64,000 bases of DNA from Oscillatoriales cyanobacterium (GCA_011390955.1 JAABRM010000001.1:174694-238693); one strand, 5' to 3'; shown: positions 29,987 to 41,163, numbered from the stretch's first letter. The notes: generated by a model not told the origin, from the letters alone. Numbers and translations are program-made.

Positions 29987-32230
29987 TTGACTAACAACAT
30001 AAAATATGGGAGATGTTTTACCCCACAAAAGCAAACAATGTTAGGGAGCAGTCCTCCACCCGCTATCGCTCAGGTGCAACTAAACAAAGCCTTAAAACAA
30101 TTTTTTGGCTATGATACTTTTCGCCCCGGACAGCAGCAAATCATTGAAGCGGCGCTACAAAATCGGGATTTATTAATTGTGATGCCCACGGGGGGCGGAA
30201 AATCCCTCTGTTTTCAACTGCCTGCATTGTTGAAACGCGGGGTGACGGTGGTGGTTTCACCCTTAATTGCTTTGATGCAAGACCAGGTAGAAGCCTTGCG
30301 GAATAATGGCATTGGGGCGACTTTTCTCAACAGCACTTTATCGCCCCAAGAGATGCGATCGCGGGAAATGGCGATTATCAATGGCAAAGTGAAACTGCTT
30401 TATGTCGCCCCAGAACGCTTGCTATCCGATCGCTTTTTACCCTTTTTAGACTTACTCCACTATCAAATCGGCATTCACGCTTTTGCCATTGATGAAGCGC
30501 ATTGTGTATCAGAATGGGGGCATGATTTTCGCCCGGAATATCGCCAGTTAAAACTATTGCGCGATCGCTATCCCGATATTCCCATGATGGCACTCACCGC
30601 CACCGCTACAGACCGGGTACGCCAAGATATTATCCAACAACTTGCCCTCAAACAAGTCCTAGTTCATCTAGCGAGTTTTAACCGTCCCAACCTTTACTAT
30701 GAAGTGCGGCAAAAAAACCACAATTCCTATGGGGAACTCCTGCAACTAATTCGCCAAAGCCAAGGGTCTTCTATTGTCTATTGTCTGAGTCGCAAAAAAG
30801 TTGATGAACTAGCTTTTCGCCTCCAACAAGACGGGATTGCCGCTTTACCTTACCATGCCGGAATGCGCGATGAAGACCGCACCAACAATCAAACCCGCTT
30901 TATTCGCGATGACGTGCAAGTAATTGTCGCCACCATTGCTTTTGGCATGGGAATTAATAAGCCAGATGTGCGCTTAGTCGTGCATTATGACTTGCCCAAA
31001 AATATCGAAGGTTACTATCAGGAATCCGGACGGGCAGGACGAGATGGGGAAGAAGCTAAATGTATCTTATTTTTTAGTTATGGGGATTTAAGAACTATCG
31101 ATTTTATTATCGAGCAAAAAACTGAACCCGAAGAACAAAAAATTGCCCGCCAACAGCTTCGCCAAATTATTAACTATGCGGAAGGCACCGACTGTCGGCG
31201 GACAATTTTGCAAGGATATTTTGGCGAAAAACATCCGGGAAATTGTCGAAATTGTGATAATTGTTGCAATCCTCAACCTACGGAAGATTGGACAATTGAA
31301 GCCCAAAAGTTTCTCTCTTGTGTGGCGCGGTGCCAAGAACGCTTTGGCATGGTTTATATTATTGATGTTTTGCGGGGTTCTAAGCAAAAAAGAATTCTCC
31401 AAAATGGTCACGATCGCTTATCCACTTATGGCATTGGCATGGAGAAAACAGCGGAAGAATGGAAGCTATTAGGGCGATCGCTCATTCACCAAGGGTTAGT
31501 GACAGAAACTAATGATGGCTATTCGGTGCTAAAACTAAATGATGCCAGTTGGGAAATCTTGCGAAAACAGCGGTCAGTTTACATCGCTATTCCGAAGAAA
31601 TCTGTCAATGTTCTGACCCCTGCTTCTAATAAAAAAGTTGAATTTGAGACCTTATTTGAAATGTTACGAAGTTTACGCAAACAAGTCGCTGACGAACAAG
31701 CGATCGCCCCTTATATGGTATTTGCGGATTCCACTTTGCGTTTAATGGCACAAATGCGGCCCGAAACCTTAGCCGCGTTGCGAGATATTCCCGGAGTGGT
31801 CGAGTATAAAGTCGCCCAATATGGCGATCGCTTTATCTCCGTGATTACGTCCTATCTTCAAACCCAAATTAACACCCAAAACACCGCCCGAAAATACCCA
31901 AAAACTACGGCATCCGGTTTACCCACCTCTACCCAAATTCATACATTACAATTATATCAAAATGGGTTAACTATCGCCGAAATTGCCGCAATTAGAAATA
32001 TTAAAACCAGTACAGTTGCCAGTCATTTAGCTGATTTAATTGAACTGAATCAACCCATTGATATTAATCAACTTGTTCCCCCGGAACGACAATCGGTAAT
32101 TTGCCAAGCATTCCAAGTCGTAGGCGATCGAGCTTTAACCCCAGTTCGGGATTATTTAGGGGAAAGTTATTCCTATGATGAAATTCGCCTCGTTCGCGGT
32201 GTATGGCGACAACAAAATCCCGAATTTTGA
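29987..32230 (+). CDS. recQ: ATP-dependent DNA helicase RecQ
   Basis: Helicase motifs I (PTGGGKSLCFQLPAL), II (DEAHCVSEWGHDFRP) and ARG-finger region. RQC zinc-binding cysteines (CRNCDNCC). HRDC-like C-terminus. The real start is probably the ATG at 30038 (MLGSSPP). Confidence 0.9.
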   Translation: MTNNIKYGRCFTPQKQTMLGSSPPPAIAQVQLNKALKQFFGYDTFRPGQQQIIEAALQNRDLLIVMPTGGGKSLCFQLPALLKRGVTVVVSPLIALMQDQVEALRNNGIGATFLNSTLSPQEMRSREMAIINGKVKLLYVAPERLLSDRFLPFLDLLHYQIGIHAFAIDEAHCVSEWGHDFRPEYRQLKLLRDRYPDIPMMALTATATDRVRQDIIQQLALKQVLVHLASFNRPNLYYEVRQKNHNSYGELLQLIRQSQGSSIVYCLSRKKVDELAFRLQQDGIAALPYHAGMRDEDRTNNQTRFIRDDVQVIVATIAFGMGINKPDVRLVVHYDLPKNIEGYYQESGRAGRDGEEAKCILFFSYGDLRTIDFIIEQKTEPEEQKIARQQLRQIINYAEGTDCRRTILQGYFGEKHPGNCRNCDNCCNPQPTEDWTIEAQKFLSCVARCQERFGMVYIIDVLRGSKQKRILQNGHDRLSTYGIGMEKTAEEWKLLGRSLIHQGLVTETNDGYSVLKLNDASWEILRKQRSVYIAIPKKSVNVLTPASNKKVEFETLFEMLRSLRKQVADEQAIAPYMVFADSTLRLMAQMRPETLAALRDIPGVVEYKVAQYGDRFISVITSYLQTQINTQNTARKYPKTTASGLPTSTQIHTLQLYQNGLTIAEIAAIRNIKTSTVASHLADLIELNQPIDINQLVPPERQSVICQAFQVVGDRALTPVRDYLGESYSYDEIRLVRGVWRQQNPEF

Positions 32231-32282
32231 CCTGATTTATAGGGCAAAGCATTTCGCTAATAAATTTGGGATTTTCATCAAT

Positions 32283-32365
32283 ATGCTTAAAGGGCGAAGC
32301 ATTTCGGGAATAAATCTCGGCTTTTAACCGAGAAATCATCTGCCGAAATGCTTCGCCCCTACAAT
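32283..32365. repeat. 83-bp direct repeat, copy 1 (nested palindromes, ends in GCTTCGCCCCTAC)
   Basis: Identical to 32823..32905: atgcttaaagggcgaagcatttcgggaataaatctcggcttttaaccgagaaatcatctgccgaaatgcttcgcccctacaat. Confidence 0.9.
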
Positions 32366-32372
32366 GGCACAA

Positions 32373-32804
32373 TGTAGGGTGTGTTCGCGGAAACTTTGGC
32401 ATCAACAATTAACCTCTATTCCAGCCGTAACGCACCACTGGCGGCTAATTAATCATGTTTTAAATTAAATCTGGAACAGGTGTAGGGTGTGTTCGCGGAA
32501 ACTTTGGCATCAACAATTAACCTCTATTCCAGCCGTAACGCACCACTGGCGGCTAATTAATCATGTTTTAAATTAAATCTGGAACAGGTGTAGGGTGTGT
32601 TCGCGGAAACTTTGGCATCAACAATTAACCTCTATTCCAGCCGTAACGCACCACTGGCGGCTAATTAATCATGTTTTAAATTAAATCTGGAACAGGTGTA
32701 GGGTGTGTTCGCGGAAACTTTGGCATCAACAATTAACCTCTATTCCAGCCGTAACGCACCACTGGCGGCTAATTAATCATGTTTTAAATTAAATATGGAA
32801 CAGT
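32373..32804. repeat. Non-coding tandem array: 108-bp unit x4 (nearly identical copies)
   Basis: Unit starts (tgtagggtgtgttcgcggaaactttggcatcaacaattaacc...) are at 32373, 32481, 32589 and 32697. There are stops in all frames. The last unit diverges at its 3' end. Confidence 0.9.
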
Positions 32805-32822
32805 TTAGTATTATCTGCCGAA

Positions 32823-32905
32823 ATGCTTAAAGGGCGAAGCATTTCGGGAATAAATCTCGGCTTTTAACCGAGAAATCATCTGCCGAAATGCTTCGCCCCT
32901 ACAAT
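32823..32905. repeat. 83-bp direct repeat, copy 2
   Basis: Identical to 32283..32365. Confidence 0.9.
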
Positions 32906-32931
32906 AGTTTAATAAATTGGAGATTAAACTC

Positions 32932-33897
32932 ATGCCTGTGGAACTGACTCTGGAACAACAAGAATCTCAAACTGTCCAAAATGCCGAAGTCCACAATACC
33001 GAAGTCCACAATACCGAAGTCCACAATACCGAAGTCCACAATACCGAAGTCCAGAACGCGGAATCCGAAGAGTGGACTCCAACACCTCCCCCTACCGATC
33101 TAATATTTGACGACGGAGAACCGAGGACAAGTAATCGCCATCGCATCGCCATGAATGCCCTCATTGAAGCTGTCACCCTAGCTTATGAAGGACGAGAAGA
33201 TTATTTTGCTGGTGGAAATATGTTCATTTATTACAGCAGCAAACAAGCCCGAAATCGAGATTTTAAAGGCCCTGATGTTTTTATTACCTTGAATGTGGAT
33301 GGGACAAAAGAACGTCAAGGTTGGGTGGTTTGGGAAGAAGAAGGACGCTATCCCGATGTGATTATCGAGTTGATGTCCCCTTCTACTGCGGCTGAGGATT
33401 TGGGCAATAAGAAAAAGCTCTACGAGCAAACTTTTAAAACGGGGCATTATTTTGTCTATGACCCATTTGCTCCCGAATCTTTACAGGGTTGGAAACTAGG
33501 CGAAAATTTCCGTTATGAAGCGATCGCTCCTGACGATCGCGGCTGGCTGTGGTGTTCTAGTTTAGGACTATGGTTGGGTCATTGGTCGGGCACGATCTTA
33601 CGGGAGACGGCGACTTGGTTGCGCTTTTATGACGAAGCGGGAAATTTAGTCAAATTATCCTTTGAGTTAGCTCAACAAGAGCGAGAAATTGCTCAACAAG
33701 AGCGAGAAATTGCTCAACAGGAAAAAGACCGGGCCGATCGCGCTGAATCGGATCTCCAGCAAGAACAACTGGAGAAACAACAAGAAAAAGACCGGGCCGA
33801 TCGCGCTGAAGCTGCTTTAGCCGCAGAACGCGAACAAAAACAAAAATTACGCGATCGCCTACAAGCACTGGGCATTGACCCGGATCGACTGGCTTAA
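32932..33897 (+). CDS. Uma2-family (DUF820) PD-(D/E)xK putative endonuclease with an N-terminal TEVHN x4 repeat and a C-terminal coiled coil
   Basis: Core YFAGGNMFIYY...PDVFITL...PDVIIELMSPST matches the Uma2 family. In-frame 15-bp repeat accgaagtccacaat x4 at 32997..33056. 21-bp and 30-bp coding repeats (QQEREIA x2, QEKDRADRAE x2) at 33663..33810. ATG at 32932 with a GGAG Shine-Dalgarno. Confidence 0.7.
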   Translation: MPVELTLEQQESQTVQNAEVHNTEVHNTEVHNTEVHNTEVQNAESEEWTPTPPPTDLIFDDGEPRTSNRHRIAMNALIEAVTLAYEGREDYFAGGNMFIYYSSKQARNRDFKGPDVFITLNVDGTKERQGWVVWEEEGRYPDVIIELMSPSTAAEDLGNKKKLYEQTFKTGHYFVYDPFAPESLQGWKLGENFRYEAIAPDDRGWLWCSSLGLWLGHWSGTILRETATWLRFYDEAGNLVKLSFELAQQEREIAQQEREIAQQEKDRADRAESDLQQEQLEKQQEKDRADRAEAALAAEREQKQKLRDRLQALGIDPDRLA

Positions 33898-34036
33898 GCA
33901 ATTGAAAAGAAGGCGATCGCACCTTTGGGAGCCAACATTTGCGCCCGCCAAAATTTGGCTCCCTCTCCCATTGCTTCAGTAAGTCCTAATTCAGATCGCC
34001 TAAGATAGCCTCTATGAGATATCTACGATCAAATAA

Positions 34037-36052
34037 ATGTCCATGAATGCTTCTTTTTCTTCACAACTCCGCGATCGCGACCAGGCTTATTTAACCGCCA
34101 CCAGCGATTATGTCAATGTCCAATCCCTGCCCGAAGTGTGGGAAAAGGCGCGATCGCGCTTTGGCAATACCTTAGCCCTGTGGGATCCCCACGCCACCCC
34201 CCCAGTCCAAGTCACCTACAGCGAACTGGTCGCACAAATCCAACAATTTGCCGCAGGAATTCAAGCCCTAGGACTGCCACCAATTAGCAACAAGATGCCA
34301 CCGCGAGTGGCTTTATTTGCCAACGACAGCCCCCGATGGATCGTCGCCGACCAAGGGTTAATCTATGCCGGTGCTGCTGATGTGGTGCGAGGCAGTGACG
34401 CTGACCGGGAAGAATTGCTGTATATCCTGCAAAATAGCGGCAGTCATGGTCTGGTAGTCGAAAACCTGGACTTGTTGGAAAAATTGGGCTCTGGCTTAGA
34501 CGATCTGCCCTTGCAGTGGGTGGTGTTGCTGTCCGATGAAGATCCACCGACGGCGATTAGCGATCAACCAGAATCCTTGGCTATATTTTCTTACGATGAA
34601 GTAATGGCCAAAGGCACAAACCGCCCCCTAGAACCCGCGATCCTCAAACGGGATATGTTGGCCACTTTACTTTATACTTCCGGCACCACGGGCAAACCCA
34701 AGGGAGTCATGCTCACTCATGGCAACCTGCTGCATCAAATCAATACCTTGGTCAGCATTATTCAGCCACAACCGGGCGATCGCATTCTGGGGATATTACC
34801 CACTTGGCATTCCCTGGGACGGGCCGCCGAATATTTTGTCCTCTCCCAAGGTTGCACCATTGTTTACACCAGCATTCGCCACATCAAGCGCGATTTTGCC
34901 AAATATCAACCTAAATTTATGATTGCCGTTCCTCGGTTATGGGAATCAATTTATGAAGGAGTGCAAAAGCAATTCCGGGAACAACCGGAAAATAAACAAA
35001 AATTAGTTAACACTTTCTTGAGTATTTCCGAACGCTATATTTTAGCCCGTCGCACCTGGGAAGGTTTACGTTTAGATACCCACAATTCTTCATCAATGGA
35101 GCGATCGCTTGCAGCCCTGCAAATGGCTCTCTGTTGGCCGATCCATGCGATCGCCGGTAAACTGGTTTATGGAAAAGTCCGGGAAGCTACCGGGGGTCAG
35201 CTTAAATATGTCATCAGTGGGGGCGGTTCCCTCGCCATGCACTTAGAAACATTTTTTGAAATTGTCGGCTTAGAAGTGCTCGTGGGCTACGGTTTAACGG
35301 AAACAGCCCCGGTACTCAGCGCCCGTCGTTATTGGCGCAACTTACGGGGTTCTGCCGGTTTGCCCATTCCCGAAACAGAAATCAAAATCGTCGATCCTGA
35401 AACCAGACAAGCCCTACCCGTGGGCGATCGCGGCTTAGTCCTCGCCCGTGGCCCCCAAGTCATGCAAGGCTATTTTAACAATCCCGAAGCCACCAGCAAA
35501 GCCCTTGACGCCGAAGGCTGGTTTGACACTGGGGACTTGGGCTTAATCACCACCGAAGGTCATCTCGTCCTCACCGGACGGGCAAAAGATACGATTGTGC
35601 TGACCAACGGGGAAAACATTGAACCCCAACCAATTGAAGACGCTTGTATCCGCAGCCCTTATATCGATCAAATGATGCTAGTCGGACAAGACCAAAAATA
35701 TCTCGGTGCCCTAATTGTCCCCAATTTTGACGCATTAGAACAATGGGCCGCCAGCCAAAACTTACAATTCCGTCTGCCGTCAACGGTGAAAACCTCCTCA
35801 CCCAAGGCACCCAGCAACCCCGAGCCAGAAATCACCTTAGATAACCCAGTGGTGCAGGAATTATTCCGCCAAGAACTCAATCGAGAGGTGAAAAGTCGGC
35901 CCGGATATCGTCCTGATGACCGGATCGGGGTTTTCCGCTTAATTACTGAGCCATTTTCCCTAGAAAACGGTCTAATGACCCAAACCCTGAAAATTAAACG
36001 TCCCGTGGTGAGCGATCGCTACCGCCAACTCATTGATGAAATGTTCCGCTAA
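34037..36052 (+). CDS. AMP-dependent synthetase/ligase (long-chain acyl-ACP/CoA synthetase, Aas/FadD-like)
   Basis: AMP-binding motif LLYTSGTTGKPKGVMLTHGNL. Motif II GYGLTE. C-terminal GWFDTGDLG...GRAKD. Confidence 0.8.
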   Translation: MSMNASFSSQLRDRDQAYLTATSDYVNVQSLPEVWEKARSRFGNTLALWDPHATPPVQVTYSELVAQIQQFAAGIQALGLPPISNKMPPRVALFANDSPRWIVADQGLIYAGAADVVRGSDADREELLYILQNSGSHGLVVENLDLLEKLGSGLDDLPLQWVVLLSDEDPPTAISDQPESLAIFSYDEVMAKGTNRPLEPAILKRDMLATLLYTSGTTGKPKGVMLTHGNLLHQINTLVSIIQPQPGDRILGILPTWHSLGRAAEYFVLSQGCTIVYTSIRHIKRDFAKYQPKFMIAVPRLWESIYEGVQKQFREQPENKQKLVNTFLSISERYILARRTWEGLRLDTHNSSSMERSLAALQMALCWPIHAIAGKLVYGKVREATGGQLKYVISGGGSLAMHLETFFEIVGLEVLVGYGLTETAPVLSARRYWRNLRGSAGLPIPETEIKIVDPETRQALPVGDRGLVLARGPQVMQGYFNNPEATSKALDAEGWFDTGDLGLITTEGHLVLTGRAKDTIVLTNGENIEPQPIEDACIRSPYIDQMMLVGQDQKYLGALIVPNFDALEQWAASQNLQFRLPSTVKTSSPKAPSNPEPEITLDNPVVQELFRQELNREVKSRPGYRPDDRIGVFRLITEPFSLENGLMTQTLKIKRPVVSDRYRQLIDEMFR

Positions 36053-36154
36053 CCGCCTCCAGTTCCATTGCTAGATGGGAGTCGTCATGCTCCCATCCCC
36101 CCCAACTCTTCTGGCTGAAGCATCTGAGGCTATTTTTGGGACGCTTTTAGGCCG

Positions 36155-36664
36155 CTATTTTTGGCTGGCTCGATCCACCGAGGCATCACCCACCCCCAGG
36201 GTAAACTTTAAAGGCAAACGGGAAGGATAAGCTTTGGCCACTTCACGGTAAACTTGATGGTTCGTTGGCAGCTTAACCGTCTCTGTTCCTAGCTGATAAG
36301 TCAAGTTATATTCTACTTGCTTCAACAGTTCAGTCGCCCCTGGAGTTTCATTGGGTTGTTGCTTTGCTTCAATATCATCAACGGTGGGACGGGGTGGCAA
36401 AGCTGGCCACCAGAGCCCTTGGTCATCGGGTCCAGTCACCGCACCGTCTGGTTTTTGCCCATTCTGATTCAGCAACGAATTCGTCCCAAAAGTTTCCTTT
36501 CGCGGGAATTTTTCCCGCTTATCGGTATAGGGGACTTGCCAAGTATAGGTGACTAAAGCAGTGGCTTCATAGCGATCGGTGACAATATTGTTGCAACCTG
36601 TGAGGGTGAATAGTAATAATGTATTCACCGTCAATAAAGAACTCATGGAGATGATTGCTTTCAT
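36155..36664 (-). CDS. Hypothetical lipoprotein
   Basis: Signal peptide MKAIISMSSLLTVNTLLLFTLTGC with lipobox. The ORF-track start at 36796 would leave no promoter space before the divergent gene, so the internal ATG at 36664 is preferred. Confidence 0.45.
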   Translation of the reverse strand: MKAIISMSSLLTVNTLLLFTLTGCNNIVTDRYEATALVTYTWQVPYTDKREKFPRKETFGTNSLLNQNGQKPDGAVTGPDDQGLWWPALPPRPTVDDIEAKQQPNETPGATELLKQVEYNLTYQLGTETVKLPTNHQVYREVAKAYPSRLPLKFTLGVGDASVDRASQK

Positions 36665-36811
36665 TGGTTGTTTTGCGGAATCCCCCAAACGGATCCGCTT
36701 GGCTCCATCGCCAATAGTCAAATTGCTTAAGGGTTTCGGGAGGGGTAGGGGCAGCCCGCCATCGTTTTTCTTCATCAAACACCTACAAAAATTCAAAAAA
36801 ATTTACAGAAT

Positions 36812-37525
36812 TTGCCCAGAATTTTCATGCAATTTGCACCCCTCTATCCTATTATTTATTCAATTCTTAAACCCATCTTTCCGAACAGCCTCTGGTCAGG
36901 GGATACAAGTGTTCCTCAAATTGCCCTGACTTTTGATGACGGTCCCCATGAGCAGTGGACACCGCAACTCCTAGAAGTTTTAGATCGCTATGAGATCCGC
37001 GCTAGTTTTTTTTGGCTAGGAAGTTGCGTGCAGCGCTGCCCCGATCTAGCAAAATCCGTGTATGAACGAGGTCATGGCATTGGTTTACATGGTTATGACC
37101 ATCGTTGTTTTCCCTTGCTATCTGAGGCGGAGTTCCAGCAGAGTTTAGCCAAAACCCAAGAGGCGATCGCTGCCGCTTGTCACTTAGACCTCGATTTTGT
37201 GCAAAAATATTGCCGAAATGTTCGACCTCCCAATGGAGTATTTACCCCGAAAACGTTACAAAAGTTAAACCAATGGTCTTATCAACCTGTGATGTGGAGT
37301 GTGGTGCCCGAAGACTGGCAACGACCTGGATCCGCTGTGGTGGTTTCCCGTGTCCTGAAACAAGTTCAAAATGGATCGATCGTTGTTTTGCATGATGGTT
37401 ATTATGGAGGACAAGACGTGGCCCAAACCACTGATTTGTTGTTACCGCAACTGATCCAGCAAGGTTATCAGCTAGTGACAATCGATCGCATCGCCCAAAC
37501 CATGTCATCCCCTGACATACTGTGA
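36812..37525 (+). CDS. Polysaccharide deacetylase (NodB-homology, CE4) family protein
   Basis: IALTFDDGP...RASFFWLG...GHGIGLHGYDH NodB motifs. Confidence 0.85.
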   Translation: MPRIFMQFAPLYPIIYSILKPIFPNSLWSGDTSVPQIALTFDDGPHEQWTPQLLEVLDRYEIRASFFWLGSCVQRCPDLAKSVYERGHGIGLHGYDHRCFPLLSEAEFQQSLAKTQEAIAAACHLDLDFVQKYCRNVRPPNGVFTPKTLQKLNQWSYQPVMWSVVPEDWQRPGSAVVVSRVLKQVQNGSIVVLHDGYYGGQDVAQTTDLLLPQLIQQGYQLVTIDRIAQTMSSPDIL

Positions 37526-39565
37526 CTCAGCCCGAATCTCAACCCGGATGCGATCGCCGATATACACTAATAGGAGAGTCAACTGAGCAAGCAGACACTA
37601 AATATATGGGATATTGGGGCAACGGATCTGAATTCCGCACAAACCCTTTAAATTCAATCGGCATGAGATCGGAACATGGCTTTTGCTGACTAATGTAACT
37701 ACAATAGAGACTATCGCCGGAGTCCATACCAATCACCCAAGGGAAAAACGGCTCAAATGTTAATTTACGATCGATAGTCATTGTCAATCGTGGATCCATT
37801 AACTAAAATAACAATAAATACCCCATTGGGTAAAATGACATATAATGATAGATAAGGACCATTCAAGCAATAAAATCCAACGACGGGAGGGAGAATTTTA
37901 CAGATCATTTAATCATCTGTAAGACCGAAGCTGCTTTTCTATGTTGGTCGCGGATCCAATCCCTCTGTGTTATTTTATGCCTGGGGTCGAGCGGGTCCGC
38001 TCCCGATCCAAGAAATTACGGATTCTCCCATTTAATTAATTTTTTATTAGATCGATGGCCAACGAGACTAGATTCTGTAAATATACGGAAACATTTTGAT
38101 TTCACATCTGGAAAAAAACTCTAGTTGGTCGCACTGTTCAAATTTATGCACAATTCATCTGGATGATTTACAGATGGTGATAGGGTAGATTTTTCTACGA
38201 TTAACTAAACGGTCAACCAAGTCATACCAATTAACGGAATATGGTGATTCGTCCAAAAAATCAGTCCGTTCAGTCAGTGAAATCTAAATTCGTTAACATA
38301 TCTCTTGTAAAAGAGGATCAAAGTCAAAACACTATCTCTCGGAGATTTATTTATAATAGAGGAGGTTAATGCGGCTGAACGGTTTATGCAGCACTGTTGA
38401 CTAATTGGTAAACCAAAAAGCATTAGTCCCCTCTTTAATAGAGGAGTCAAATATTTGTCCCAACTCAATCTCCCTCTGAGCCAAATCTGGGTAATATGAC
38501 CAGGCAATAATTTTTTCCCTTGAAGAGTTTGTCAGAGGATGGATAGAGGGATTTTGGTGAAAATTTTCCGCCAATTAACTAGGTTAAAACCAATGAAAAT
38601 ACAGCGAAAAAGTCAACCAAACCCCAAGAAGTTAAACCATTGAGGGTTCTGGTAAGGCTGACCCTGGACAACCCCATCTGAATCATGTTGCTATCTTAAG
38701 CTGGAGCCAAAATCAGCAACAGTAAAATTCAGACCGATTCTGTGTCCGAACCAGTTAAACCGATCTCAGAAACCATGCGATCGAAGGATCGAATATGGTC
38801 TTTCAGGAGGAAGGGAAATAGCTGGCGGGGCAAAATAGACCCAAAAGCTGTAAAATTTTCGTTTCCTTCGCTATCATGGGTGAAAAACTACTATTCAATA
38901 TGGGTGCAACGATCGAGCAAACTAAAAAACACAAGCCAAAAAAAGAAATCGGCAGTTTTCCGCAATTCGCCGTAACTGTCGTCAAGCGATCGCCTCAAAG
39001 AATTATTCACCTTCTGTACCGAAATCAATCAGGAGATGATCTGACTGGCTTTGACCCTTAGAGTAAATGAAGATGTACTAACATACAGAAATCTAGTATC
39101 TATAATGATCCGGTAAGCTTGTTTATTCAGATGAGACAACATCATTCAGAATCAAAAAACCGGGCATTCAAAAATTATTTCACTAAACAGCGGTCAATTT
39201 TTGTGAAACAGGTTACAATCAAAAAGGATTTCCATAAACCTGATAGAATCAGACTCGGTTGATTTTTATCCCTCAACCAAAGTCGCAGGTCTATCAAATT
39301 ACCCTGCTAAAAGGGTTCAGCATTAGCGCGATCGCGCTAATCGCACCTTCACATTTTTGAGGAAATATTGTGCTGACCTGTTGTCAAGTGACTACACTGA
39401 CTGGTATTCAGGTAAAGGCACTTTACTAGGCTAGGCTTAAACCAGAGACTTCACCAAATAAGCGGTTGTAAAACCTTCTTACTGCCTAGATTTTCACCGA
39501 AATTAATGCCATCGCGCGATCGGTGAAGTGTTGATTTTTTCATTAAGGAGCATGAGGAACGCGGC

Positions 39566-40741
39566 ATGACCCAGGCTAATAACGTACTGGCCCCCATCGA
39601 TCAGTCTAATCTAAAGAAAACGATGACTTCTTCTGAGAATGAGTTAGGTCTACTGCTAGATGATGCAGATGATTTGCCACTCGGCACCTCAGATGATGAC
39701 GATATATATTTAGACGCTCATTCTGATGACGATGAAGATGAGAAGTCTGGCAAACTTCGCTCGACTCGTCGGAAAACTCAAGCCAAGAAAAAGCAGTACA
39801 CGGAAGATTCTATTCGTCTATATTTACAAGAAATTGGCCGAATTCGCCTCCTCCGAGCGGATGAGGAAATTGAACTGGCGCGGAAAATTGCCGACTTGCT
39901 GGAGTTAGAGCGAGTCCGGGAAGATCTAATGGATCAGTTAGATCGGGAACCCAACTTGCTGGAGTGGTCGAGCGCCGTTCGCATGGGTGTCCCAGAATTT
40001 CGCAAGCGCCTGCACATGGGCCGGCGGGCGAAAGAAAAGATGGTTCAATCTAACTTGCGATTGGTCGTTTCGATCGCCAAGAAATATATGAACCGGGGAT
40101 TATCTTTCCAAGACCTGATTCAAGAAGGTTCTCTGGGTTTGATTCGGGCAGCGGAAAAGTTTGACCACGAAAAAGGCTATAAGTTTTCTACTTATGCAAC
40201 TTGGTGGATTCGCCAAGCGATTACCCGGGCGATCGCCGACCAATCCCGCACAATTCGTCTGCCGGTTCACTTGTATGAAACCATCTCCCGGATCAAGAAG
40301 ACCACCAAACTGCTCTCTCAAGAAATGGGACGCAAGCCCACGGAAGAAGAAATCGCCACTCGGATGGAAATGACCATCGAAAAGTTACGATTTATTGCCA
40401 AATCCGCCCAGCTACCCATTTCTCTAGAAACGCCGATTGGCAAAGAAGAAGATTCTCGTCTGGGAGATTTCATCGAATCTGACGGCGAAACCCCAGAAGA
40501 TCAAGTTTCTAAGAGCTTACTGCGGGAAGACCTCGAAAGTGTTCTGGATACTTTGAGCCCTCGCGAACGGGATGTTTTACGGCTTCGCTATGGCTTAGAT
40601 GATGGCAGAATGAAAACCTTAGAAGAAATTGGCCAAATTTTCAACGTCACCCGGGAACGGATTCGTCAAATAGAAGCCAAAGCCTTAAGAAAGCTGCGCC
40701 ATCCTAACCGCAACAGCATTCTTAAGGAGTATATCCGCTAA
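39566..40741 (+). CDS. sigA: RNA polymerase sigma-70 factor, RpoD/SigA type (length and acidic N-terminus suggest a group 1 principal sigma)
   Basis: Region 1.2/2 [14 protein letters not shown]. Region 2.4 [14 protein letters not shown]. Region 4 [33 protein letters not shown] Shine-Dalgarno about 15 nt upstream. Preceded by a ~2-kb AT-rich leader. Confidence 0.8.
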   Translation: MTQANNVLAPIDQSNLKKTMTSSENELGLLLDDADDLPLGTSDDDDIYLDAHSDDDEDEKSGKLRSTRRKTQAKKKQYTEDSIRLYLQEIGRIRLLRADEEIELARKIADLLELERVREDLMDQLDREPNLLEWSSAVRMGVPEFRKRLHMGRRAKEKMVQSNLRLVVSIAKKYMNRGLSFQDLIQEGSLGLIRAAEKFDHEKGYKFSTYATWWIRQAITRAIADQSRTIRLPVHLYETISRIKKTTKLLSQEMGRKPTEEEIATRMEMTIEKLRFIAKSAQLPISLETPIGKEEDSRLGDFIESDGETPEDQVSKSLLREDLESVLDTLSPRERDVLRLRYGLDDGRMKTLEEIGQIFNVTRERIRQIEAKALRKLRHPNRNSILKEYIR

Positions 40742-41163
40742 AAGTTATCGGTAGATTAAGAACTGTTGGCTTAATTCAGTTTTTTGCCATGATTTCACCG
40801 ATCGAGTTATTAGTGAAATCAGTTAAAAAACTCTAAACAACGTCAACAGTTCACTGAATAATTTTACTGAAGATTTTTGCGGATTTCCATATATAATTTT
40901 GTTTGCGATCTCGTCAGTCAATCTAGGGATTAGATTTTTTCTAATTAGCTCTAGTCATGCTGTATGCAAAGATAAGCTCCTTTGCCGATGATTTCCTTTC
41001 GCAGATTCCTCCGGGATAACCCAAACTGATTTAATGTTGGGGGGGTGGGAAATCCATAAATTAATTGGCTCTTTGAGCCAAATTGGGACGAGATTTTTTC
41101 GCCCCAATTTTTTTTATGGCTGTTTTTTTATTCCATCAGAACTGACACATCACGCTCTATAAG

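Noticed and set aside
32373-32804. Considered whether the 108-bp array is a CRISPR array
   Set aside because: Units are identical over their whole length. There are no unique spacers, the unit length is far above CRISPR repeat size, and there are no cas genes nearby.
36155-36796. Long form (213 aa) of the lipoprotein ORF
   Set aside because: The N-terminal 44 residues precede the signal peptide and would abut the divergent gene with only 15 nt between them. The internal ATG giving a classic lipoprotein signal is more plausible.
37900-38010. tRNA-like fragment (GTCGCGGATCCAATCC ... GGGTCGAGCGGGTCCGCTCCCGATCC)
   Set aside because: No canonical T-loop (GGTTCGAATCC) or D-loop, and no cloverleaf could be completed. 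I found no other tRNA or rRNA signatures anywhere in the window.
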